DNA of 64,000 bases from Chrysomallon squamiferum (lineage: Eukaryota; Animalia; Mollusca). The stretch lies in the NCBI GenBank assembly GCA_012295275.1, contig CM022679.1:18848001-18912000 (forward strand), read 5' to 3'. A model generated the notes under the pieces. That model was not told the origin of the DNA. It saw nothing but the letters and a program-made list of their open reading frames with translations, and ran no database searches. Within the stretch, counting starts at the first letter, position 1; the number at the start of each line of letters is the position of its first letter. This document shows positions 1 to 11,256 of this stretch, piece after piece. The translations under genes and the position numbers were made by a program.

Positions 1-16
1 GAATTTGTTTGCATTG

Positions 17-65
17 TTCTTCTTCTTCTTCTTCTTCTTCTTATTATTATTATTATTATTAGTAT

Positions 66-100
<35 letters not shown>

Positions 101-230
101 ATATCAGCAGCAGCAGTAGTAATATTACTGACAGTTGAAGCAACAGCAGCACAGAATAGTTGTAATAGTAGTAGTAGAAGTGGTAGCAATAGCAACAGTA
201 GTAACAGCAGCAGTTGTAGTAGTGACTGTA
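17..230. repeat. Compound trinucleotide microsatellite (TTC)n(TTA)n(GTA)n(GCA)n
   Basis: Directly visible; accounts for the spurious ORF 5..322. Confidence 0.95.
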
Positions 231-1814
231 GGCTAATAATGTGCATCAGTGAAAGACATTTTTTTTTTTTTTTTTTTTTTATTTATAAATCTTCAAAGGT
301 CATATACAGATTCTCATTTTAATGTGAAAATAAATACGAAACAAATCTGTATAGTTCGGAGTACGTGTATTTAGTTGGTTTTTCTCACAGATTAATAAGT
401 TATTTTTATGATTTTGATTAAAATGAAATATTGACAGTTTACAATCAATTTGATAACGTCACGTACTACGTGCCACAGTTAACGTTGCTGTAGAAAGAAG
501 TTTAATAGCAGGGTGGTCCAGTATTCCTTTTATTTATTTACTTATTCATTTATTTACTTACCTATTTACTAACTTACTTACTTACATACTAACTTACTAA
601 CTTATTTATTTATATTTATTTACTAACATTTATTTATTTATTTATTTATTAAATGTTTTCTTGGTCATTTTAAAAACGTAATTTGATTGGTTACACTGAT
701 TTATAATTTGTCTTATATATAAGTGATTGTTAATGATGAAGAAATTATATTATAAATAAATGTTTGTTTTATAGTTTTATGATTTTCTGTTTATAAAACA
801 TAAATAGATTTATTTAAAATAGAAACACTATTGTAATGTTCTTTGCATGTTAAATGAATGAAATAAAACATGATGCATTTAATGTTTGTGTTAATTCTGA
901 ATTGAGACCGGAGGTGTAATGAATGTATTCGCCTCCTGTACCGAACTACACCTGATCAATGTTTTACGTATAATCAGCTTTCATATTTTACAATTTAATT
1001 TAATTACATTCATTTATATTTATTGAAAAGTATTTTTTCAACTGATGTTTTTCTCTCATTCTTTTAGTAACAGTAGTTACAGTTTTGAAGAAACGTTCAG
1101 CGAAAATAGTGCGGAAACATCATTCAAACTATTTTTAATTTTGTAAATAAGAAACACAAAAATCAGTTTATTTTATGTTTTAATGTTTTAATGACGTAAG
1201 TTAATAACACAGCAGTGTCTGACAGACAACCTGTTACTTTCTTGAAACTCTTCTCTTACTTTGTAAAATATGTTTAGAACCCTAATTTATTTCTAAAACA
1301 TATTTGACTAGTCATTATTCAGTCCCTCTGTTTATCGTTTATGAATTCACTGATGCTATAAAAGAAACCTTCGGACAAAACACGTTCATTGTTATTCATT
1401 GCAAAATACATTTCAGGTATCAGTAATAATAATAATTATTATAAAAATGTACTGTAATATTAAATATATGTTAGGCCTAATTACATTCCTAACTGCAAGG
1501 AAGAATGTGAAGATAAATCACCATATTCATTTGTTTAATTAATTCAATGAATAAGGTGACGTTTTAAAAAAAAAAATATTATAATAATTTTCACAAGCAC
1601 TATTTGTAGCTTTGTGACAAAATATATATTAAATATAACTTGTTAGTCTACTAAATTAAAGTATGTGGATATGTTAGGGAAACATTTATATGTAAACATC
1701 ACAATATTTGTATGAAAGTTTTACTTGTTTTTTTAATGGCAATCTAGCAATTTATATGGATTAATTCCAGTAAAAACGCAAGTTGAATGGTAATTTTGTA
1801 TAAAGTTTAGATGA

Positions 1815-2238
1815 TAAATTTTAATGAAAGAATTGCCTTCTTGGAGAAAATTAGCGGTCTTAGTACTAATATTCAACAGAAATAAAATTAATGGTTCTCC
1901 ATTATAAAAAATACTCAAACACCGTTACTTCTTATGACTCGAACAAATTCGGAAAAAAGAAAAAAACAGATTAAATAAAGAGTAGTAGCTAAATCGAGAA
2001 ATTATGTAGCGGAACCAGAAAGGTAAGCTGATATGGCATTGAATGAATTCAAAATAAAATGTGTAATTCAGTTAAATTCTGTTTTTTTTTTATTTATTTA
2101 TTTTTGTATTGTTTTTGAAGTTGATCTTCGGGGGGGGGGAAATGTGATTAATTATATTAGTCTCGTTTTTTCTTTGTTTTTAAATTATTACAACAAACAA
2201 ACAAAAAAATAAGATTAAACTAAAGAAAAAAAGAAAAG

Positions 2239-2308
<70 letters not shown>

Positions 2309-3472
2309 TATATGTAAATTATTCTAACCTTCCAAAGCAGAAAAACTAAAAAATTAGCACAATAGGTTTTTGTTTTGCTTTTGTTTTTTTGCTTTGTTTT
2401 GTTTTAGTTTCGTTTGTTTGTCTGTTTTTGTTTCGTTCTTGAATCTGATTTTTTGTTTTTATGTTCTAAATAGAATTAATAACATTATGGGAAAATATAA
2501 TTTTCTTCTGTTACCAGTTACAAGGCTTTCATATTTCTGACCTTTACGAAACAAATATTAACAGTTTAATATGGCTCGCAAAAACCATTCCGCATATCAA
2601 GTAATAATGACTGACTGACACAGGTTTGAATAACTGTCTGTCTTAAAATGCTTTAAATAAACAAAGCGTTCTGAACTGGACGTCAAAATATGTTATTTAT
2701 ATTAATTTTCATTGTTCATTTCTCTAGAAGCATAAAAACAAAATAGTTTTAAAAACATGAATAGGCAATGGTAAAATTTTCATATTATACAAAATGAATG
2801 TTAAAACCTTAACTGTTCACGAGGTTATAAAATATTAATAATTGACGTTTGTCATTTTACAGTCAGTACAAAAAGAAACAACTTTTTACGTCAACGTCCT
2901 CCCAGCAAATTCCAAAATTAATATGATTTTTAAACTCTGTATTTTCGTATAGATTGTTAATTTTATGACATATATATACATATAATAATTAAATAATTAA
3001 ATTAACAAATTTTTTTTTTTTTTTTTTTTTAATGTACATTTGTCTTTCTGATTCGAAATGAAAATAGGACTAATTTTCTTTTTTCAAATAACACATACAC
3101 GAATGTTTTCAGTATATTTTGTATTAGATATATATTTTATAACTGAAAATTCACTGACAATGTCTTTAGTATTAATTATTAAACCTACTTACATCCTGAG
3201 TCATACCAGTACAACAAATTTTAAATTTAATGAAAAAACTGCAGTCTTGGAGACAGTTAGTACTAATATTCAACAGAAATAAAATAAATGGTTCTCGATT
3301 ATAAAAAATACTCAGACACCGTTACAATAAATGACTCGAACAAATTCAGGAAAATAAAAATTTGCAATACAAATTAAATAAAGAGTAGTAACTATAATGA
3401 AAAATTATATAGAGGAACCAGAAAGGTAAGCCGATATGGCATTGAATGAATAAAAAATAAAATGTGTAATTG
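1815..3472. repeat. Diverged direct duplication of ~250 bp (copies about 1815-2068 and 3222-3471)
   Basis: Shared blocks TTAGTACTAATATTCAACAGAAATAAAAT, ATGACTCGAACAAATTC, GGAACCAGAAAGGTAAGCyGATATGGCATTGAATGAAT and AAAATAAAATGTGTAATT occur in the same order in both copies. Confidence 0.88.
2243..2306. repeat. (AG)n microsatellite
   Basis: Directly visible, 64 bp. Confidence 0.97.
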
Positions 3473-4081
3473 AGAAATAAATAGTTTACAGAATATCTCC
3501 AAAAGAATGAACCAAGCAGTCAGTATATGGCAAATTATCAGTGTTATTATTATAAATGGGTTTTAGGTGACAAACATGAAAGTAATGAAACCCACTGCTG
3601 CTACTCCAAAATTTTTCTCAGAGATAAATAGTAAAAAAGAAAAAACTCTAAATATACATTCTCAAATAAAGGAAAGCATACATGTATTACAAAATTTTAT
3701 ATACCATTGGAAATATCAGTATTAAATTGATTTTTTTCATAAATTCATGACTTTATAAATAGTGTTTTGGATATCTTTCCCAGGAGGCATAGCTCTGGTA
3801 CATTTTGTCGTCGAAACTTCTAGATCGTATCCAGTATATAGAGTTGGAATCTTTATGGCAACAAACTCATCAAAAAACAAATTCTTCTTTTGAAATATTT
3901 TTAAAGTATTAATATGTTTCAGCAAGCTGCCTCTGTTCGAGCTATCTCATGCCTATGCTTGGTTCGCTGCTTAGATACAGACCTTTTGTCAGATTTACAA
4001 CTGCTGCAAAGAGTTCTTCTGCTTTTAAATTCCAGAGCTCCTACCCGGACATAAAAATTTTGTTTCAGTTGAAAACATCAA

Positions 4082-4294
4082 TATTTTAGATTACATACAC
4101 TTTTATAACTAATATTACTGTTGTTCATACATGTATGAATATGTTTTTGTCTTCTTTATGATTCATAAGACTAGTAAAGACTGACTGTTATTTTAGATTA
4201 CTTACACTTTTATAACTAATATTACTGTTGTTCATACATATATGAATATGTTTTTGTCTTCTTTATGATTCATAAGACTAGTAAAGACTGACTG
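4082..4294. repeat. Tandem duplication, 2 x 107 bp
   Basis: Unit TATTTTAGATTAC...GTAAAGACTGACTG starts at 4082 and at 4189, with 2 internal substitutions. Confidence 0.92.
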
Positions 4295-4629
4295 ATTGTC
4301 TGTCGACCTTTTTTTTCATGCATGTTCAACTAATTTACCAGGAACCGGGTGGTATATATTGCTGTCGCTGTTATCATTTTGTTCCATGAGTTTTATTTTC
4401 AAAATTCTGTGATTAAAGTGAAGAAATACACCGCTAATGGGACTTAACTACGTCAGACCTGTGAAGACAGTATTAAACATTTATCACTCTGAATATGTAC
4501 CAACACACACACATACACAAAATGCGAATAAATGTATTTGTTCTTTTCCCTATATTAGGCATATTTATGCTAAAAACATGCATTAAATTTATTGCAATAT
4601 ATATATATATAAATTTTTTTTATTTATTC

Positions 4630-4760
4630 ATTTATTTTCGCGTATAAAAACTCCTTGTCAGATATATACGCTGCTGCTTGTGTTCAATTTAGTTAAGGTA
4701 AAGAAACGATTTTTGTCCGCATTTTAGACTTAAACGGAGACCGGAAGAGTCACATCTAGC
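4630..4760 (+). promoter_or_regulatory. Putative ERI2 proximal promoter
   Basis: Local CpG cluster with an E2F-like TTTTCGCG (about 4635) and an ETS motif ACCGGAAG (4740-4747), within 200 bp of the ATG. Confidence 0.35.
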
Positions 4761-4822
4761 CGCTAAATAATATTTATTTAAATACTTATTAATTTCAAAT
4801 CCATTTTGTAATAATTATAATT

Positions 4823-7800
4823 ATGAAGACAACGAAAGAACTTGCTTGGTTCGTTTTATTAAATATTATAATCTTCGTTTACTTTAAATAATCTGTTTTC
4901 AAAAAAATCATACGTACGTCCGACGTGTTCAATTTTATTTTTATAGACATTATGATTATGATTATAGTTACAGTACAGAACATACATCATAACCATTACT
5001 TCTACAGGAAGAGCATTATATTTACTAAAAACAATAATAAAAAAATAAAAATAAATAAACAATATCTTTTTTTATTTTTTGAATGTTTTTAATATTTTTA
5101 AAAATAAAACTGTCCCCTCTACTACTCTAGATCATTATTTATAAATGAAATAATTAAATAATAATAAACTTCATATTTATTTTTAGTCTAATATTATTAA
5201 TACTAAAACATTGCCCTTGTTATTTTGAAATGACTTGAGAACACCCCCACATATATATGTATATATAAACAAACCTAAAAATTAAAAAAAAGTAAAATAT
5301 ATTTTTTTTTTTTTTTTAAAGTTGTTTACTAAAACTGCTAATAATGTATACATTATAGTGTGTTCTTTTTTAAACTACCCATTTCACTAGGAAACTGGAT
5401 AAAACACAGTGAAACATTTTATATACAAATCAGAAAGCTGCAACAATAAAGAATTTATTTTGTATCATTTGATGTTTTGATTTTAGATTACTTTTTAATT
5501 TTTTTAATATTTTGGCAGCATCATTTTTTATTACATTAAAAATGCATAAACGCCACTAAGGTGTCCAGTGTTTATTTCGCTTTATTTAGAATTAAGGTAT
5601 CTGGGAAACTCCACTAATTTGACTAAAAAACGTGGAACATTAATATGTGCTAAATTCTGTCACAGGTCCCAAGGAACTGAAGTCTGCTAGTATTGTTCAG
5701 GTTTTTGTGATGTTACAAATGTGATAGGGTTGAAAGATAGTTGACAGAGAAAGAAAATATCTAGCAAAAGAGAAAGATGTTTGGAGCCAACTATATCATA
5801 TATATTGTGACTGTCTATACATTATAACTAATGATCATGAATATAATTAAGATACTTTTGTAGTGTTCATATGACTTTGTTTTTTGCACTAGATAGCACT
5901 GTACTTAATGTTGATGGTAGTGAATAAGTTTAAATGATATATTTGCAGGGATCTTGGTTTTCTGAAGAAGAGATCAGTTTCAAAAAGTATGTTTTCAGCA
6001 ACATCAAACCATCCAAATTGTTCAAGTGAGTATTTTGTATTTCTTTTTTCCTCCTTTCATTTATAATTTTACTCATTAGCAGAAAGTTTTGAGTGGAACC
6101 AGAAAGAAAATTGTCACAATAGATTTAACAGTTTGTTAATTTATTCTTTTTTATCTATCTTGAATAAATTTGTTTAGATATTGTTTCTTCCAATTTACCT
6201 TATGAAGTTGATTTTACAATATTATCTATGAACATTGTTTTTGCTTGTTTCTTTGAAATCTGCACTTCTCTTCAAAACTGTCTTGAAATAATAGCCTTAT
6301 TTAGATTTGTGTTAGATTTTAAACAGAATAAAATAAAATCTCTGTTTGTCTACTTGTGCTTTTGTTTTTATAATCTACAAATGTTATTCCAGATAAATAT
6401 GACTGTTAAATTTTAATGTAGTGGCTTATTTAAAAGAAACAAAATATTGTTAATAAATGTCAGTTTTACTTTTCAGAGGAGCAGTATTTCTCCTATTTAA
6501 TAGTACTTGATTTTGAATCAACATGCTGGAATGACACCAAGTATAAAACACAAGAAATAAGTATGCTTTCTTCTTTAATCATATTTAACTGAGATTCTAG
6601 TTTTAAATTATTCTAAATCACCAAATGTAATAATATATTCTATAATAATACAAACAATGATTCTCACTGAAATGTCATATAATTTTTAAAGTACCAGCTT
6701 TGTTAACTGAACATTTTATTTCTTTGGACAATTGCAGGATTGATTTTATAAGATCTATGTTTTAGATGGAAATTAGGAATGTTTATTACAGGATTTTCTA
6801 ATTAATATTTGTTTTAAATGTTTAACAATGAAGTAAGATTTTATTTTATTTTCTTAACATAAATTACAAATTTCATTCACTAATACTCTGAGAGAGCAGT
6901 GTATCAGAGCAATGCAGAATTCGTTTTAAACAAAAATAAATAAATAATTTTTTATTCATTTTATTGTATGAAATAACAACGTAAAATAATGTTTCAGTTG
7001 AATTTCCCTCTGTTCTGCTTAACACAAGAACTGGAATAATTGAAAGTGAATTTCAGCACTATGTACAACCTTGTGAACATCCTGTTCTAAGTGACTTCTG
7101 CAGACAGCTGACAGGAATTACACAAGTAAGTAAGTCAATGATGACTTTAGTGTTACATAACTGAACATGTATTTTAAAATGTATCACAATGGCTTAAATC
7201 CTTTAATAACATCTGTTAACTTTGCCATAACAGAGATTTATTTACTAGCAAGCAGATATTAAAGTTCTTCATTACTGACTCCTGTGAGAAAACAACTAAT
7301 GCATGAAAGCCATTTCTCAAATAAATGGATGTCAGCTTTATCTTCCAAAACCAAATATCATAGAATTATTAGTGATTCCAATTAAACTCCATGCATTTTT
7401 TATATAAATCAGGAGTTTTGAAATTTTTGGATTTGTAATTGTTTTTATAATGTGTTGTCTTATAATAAACTTTACTGATTGAATTATTACACAGGTTTGA
7501 ACTGTTTTTGAGTAGCGGTGGTGATCCTGGTTAAAGTAGCAAGAATGAAAATGTGTTTTATTTCATCTCATAGATACCATAACAGTCATCTGATTGCTAC
7601 TGAAAAGTCTTTGAATTAGATAAATGCTGTTTGTAGCAATATTGCACATTGCAGGATTTATAATATATTCAAATATCAATAAATGTACAAATATATTTTA
7701 AAAAACATGAGCAGAATTTGATTTGGGAGTATTCAGTTCACAGATGCTAAAGTCATTTTTAAATTTTCAAATAATTATTATTTTTTTAATTATTATTATT

Positions 7801-9271
7801 ACAGGAACAGGTTGAACAAGGAATTCCAGTTTCTTTATGTTTGAGAATGTTTCAGCACTGGATAAACCAGTTAAAGAAGGAAAAAGGCATTACATTTTCA
7901 GATCAAGATAACAAAGCAGAAGCATCTTTGACAGCCTTTCTTACATGGTCAGGTACTGTTTTAAATCATCTACTAACATAGATAAATTTAACAATTTATC
8001 ATGTTTCAAACTTTTTGAAACGTAATTTCTGAATCTAATATTTTAGTTTTTGTCAAAAAGAAAAATCTTGTTTATAAATTGATTTTACCACTCAACATAC
8101 ATATTTTTGGTTTTGTAAATTTGTTAGTAAATGTTGGTTTTGTAAAAAAAAAAATATTTTTATTTTTAAAAAATAATCTTTATGTTTTTAATTAAAGATT
8201 GGGATCTTGGGATTTGTCTACAAAATGAATGTCAGAGAAAACAAATCAGTAGACCTTCTATGCTGAACAGTTGGATTGATCTCCGAGCTACATACAAGGT
8301 TTGTATGACAAAATACTTAATTTCATTATGAAGCAAGACAAATATTGTTATGTTTTAATTAATGTTTGCTTATTGTATGATGATAAAGATTATGACTGAG
8401 AACGATTTTTTTCAGGATTTTTAAAAAAAGAAGTTAATAAATGCTTTTAATGAGAAATAAATGTTCAAAATTAATTTCTGACTTTTTAATTTTTTATTAT
8501 TATTATTATCCTAATCTATATCATGCTTTTTTTTTTTAACATTTATTGGTGCAACAAATTTTGCTGTTTGTCCCTCATTTTTTTCTTTATTGCATAGTGA
8601 AATGCCTATTTAGACTGTTAAAATCTTCTCTTTCTTTTGTTTTTTGTTTTGTTAGACATTCTATGGTCGGAAACCACATGGTCTTAATGGAGCTTTACAA
8701 GATGTTGGAATTAAATTTGAAGGCCGAGAACATTCAGGTTAATTTGATGTTTCTTGTTTTCCTTATTATGGATTTTGTTATATTACATGAAATTATCTTA
8801 AATAGTATATATGATCAAATATATTTGTGTGATTTGGAGCAATTGATATATATTAATTTAATAACAAAGATTTATATACAAAGTATGAAAAATAGCAACA
8901 TTGTCAAGATGAACAGATGTCAACATTTTCTCTCTTTTTTCATGACAATTCAAAAGAAGAAAATTATTTAGAAGTTGGCTATGTTCTACAGGTCCTTTCA
9001 TGGTACTGAACTTCTGTTTTCTATATTGAATTGTAATGATAAAGAAACTCATTTATAGTGATCATATATACTTGTAATTTAGTTTGTAAATCCATATTTT
9101 TGCTAAGGCAGTAAGAAACTATTAAAATGATGTCTTGAATATGTTAGTAAAATATTGTTTCAATATATATTTATTAATTACTTAAAAACTTGCATTTGCT
9201 GAAGACCTGAGATTCATAAGGTTGCTGTAAAATGCAAATTAAACTCTCAGCTTGACATTGGCATTACTCCC

Positions 9272-9318
<47 letters not shown>

Positions 9319-10217
9319 TTATTTATTTATTTTTCAGGTCTCTGTGATGCAAGAAACACAGCCCACTTGGCTTGGAGGATGATCAAGGATGGTTGTGTAA
9401 TGTCCATAACAAAAACAATGAAACTGGTATGACTGTGGTTGCCTTATTTAGACACTCCTTTTTTTAGACTATTGTTTTATAGGTGATACACCAGTACAGT
9501 AATGATATAATAAAGTGTGTAAATTCTTTTTTCATGGAAGAATTATATTGTGGAAGGATGTCCTTATTGGTAATATATGATCATTAGTGTAAATACATTG
9601 TTTGTTACACTTTGTTAATTGCAGGATAAAATAACTATTTAAAAATGTAGCCTTACCTGTATGCCCATTACCCAGTAACTGGTGTATGAAACTGAGTCAC
9701 AATCATGATACCCTTAATTGAGCAAAAAAATTTTTTATGAATCGTTAATGTTATAATTAAACTTTCTCTCCATGGGTGAAAGTAGCCTATTAAAATGATC
9801 TTATACAGATTTTATTATTTATTTAATTTTGGTTTCTTTTTAATAGTTCAATATAACATTTAAATTTTAACTATATTATATGGTTTTTCTTTTAAAATCA
9901 TTTTCATTTTAACTACTTTAATAATAAACCTGATTTTTAATGTCAGTGTTTTTTTTTTTTTTCAGACATCATCAGGACAACTGAAAATGGTTAATCGGTC
10001 AAAGAAATCTGAATTTTCTGAGACATTTGCTGAACAAAATTACTTGATTCCTGATAGAAAAGAAGCAAACAGCAGAATTCTTGCAAAAACATTGAAAGTG
10101 AAAAGTGATAAAGCAGAGACTAACACCAGTGTAAATGAAACTTCTAAAAAGGAAAACAATCAGTCTAGTAGTATTTTGAGTAACAAAAAAAAAAAATTGT
10201 CTGAAGAGACCATGTGA
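4823..10217 (+). CDS. ERI2: ERI1 exoribonuclease family member 2 (DEDDh 3'-5' exonuclease), 9 coding exons, C-terminally truncated
   Basis: Phase-consistent GT-AG exons: 4823-4848, 5949-6025, 6477-6560, 6998-7125, 7805-7952, 8198-8298, 8656-8737, 9338-9426, 9966-10217. Translation MKTTKELAWDLGFLKKRS...YLIVLDFESTCW...QEIIEFPSVLLNT...HPVLSDFCRQLTGITQ...FLTWSDWDLGICL...SWIDLRATYK...GREHSGLCDARNTAHLAWRMIKDG has all DEDDh motifs and the ERI2-type N-terminus. Confidence 0.93.
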
Positions 10218-10440
10218 CATAACAAACCAAAAAACATAAAAGTTTGTTTGAGTGTGAGAAATTCTAATGTTGAACAATACAACATTCAGAATCTTCTGAC
10301 TGAAAGCATAACTTCAAAATCATCTATTTCATCTGACTTTAACCCACTGTCATATACTAAAAAATATCCAAATACAAACTATGTTTCCTTATAATGCACC
10401 ATTGTTAAAAACAAACGTACAACTGAGATCTATATCATCC

Positions 10441-10608
10441 ATGAAGTGTACACCACCTCTGTGTCACTGTGGGAGAAGATAAAAGAGATGTCTGGTTCAG
10501 TCAAGCGGTCCTAATCTGGGAAGATTCTTTTTCTACTATGGACAGGGAAGTTATGTTGAAGGCAACTCTCACTGTATTTTTTTCCAATGGGAACAACAGT
10601 TATCCTAA
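10441..10608 (+). pseudogene. Vestigial GRF zinc-finger segment of ERI2, downstream of the stop codon and in another frame
   Basis: Reads MKCTPPLCHCGRR*KRCLVQSSGPNLGRFFFYYGQGSYVEGNSHCIFFQWEQQLS*, matching the GRF-ZF pattern PxCxCG...GPNxGRxFyxC...CxFFxW. In-frame TAA at 10480-10482; third Zn-ligand Cys replaced by Tyr (10534-10539). Confidence 0.8.
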
Positions 10609-11256
10609 AGCCAGACACTTGAGTAGGTTTCATTATTCAATCAACAACATTTGCAAGCAGTACACGCCAGTTTTAAACATCAACAGACATGGTGTGTCAA
10701 AAACATATAAAGACTTAACTGGGTGTCTGATTTTCACAAAATACCATATGTTTAAACTGGATTCGGATTTATCAGTTACTTACAAATAAAAAGTCTAAAA
10801 TTTAAATTTAATTGCCAATACTTTTTCAGAAATGATTTTATTGGTGTTTTTGTTCTGTGCTACTAATGATAAAGCAACATTTTTCTCTTTTGTTTCAAGT
10901 TTGGGTTAAATATTAATTCAGTTTTGAAACTATTACCTATAAGTAAGAATAAAGCTTTAAGATATTTCAACAGATAAATGTTACAGATTATCCTTGGATT
11001 CATCATGGAATGGAATGGAAAAAAATTAACGTGCTAATAGCAACAAGCTGTTGTGAAGCATGTCTGCGACGGGCACGCTTTCTGACAGGTCAGTGGGCGT
11101 GTCCATCGCAGAGTTCATCATGAATTATCTACAGCTTTATAAGTGTCTCCTTAAGTGATTCAAAATACATTTTATTTACAGTGTACTTTCTCACAAGATG
11201 TTTTCTTTATCAGAAAAGTTATTTTGCTACTTTGGCACTGCTTTCATCAAAAAGTA

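Noticed and set aside
5-322. 105-aa ORF with poly-F/L/V/A/S runs (also 27588-27833, 38888-39100, 59041-59310 and most of 63645-63998)
   Set aside because: Translations of microsatellites and A/T tracts; no coding signal except the real calpain exon at 63726-63649.
10469-10789. 106-aa ORF after ERI2
   Set aside because: Non-ATG start and no recognisable motif; the GRF homology lies in a different frame.
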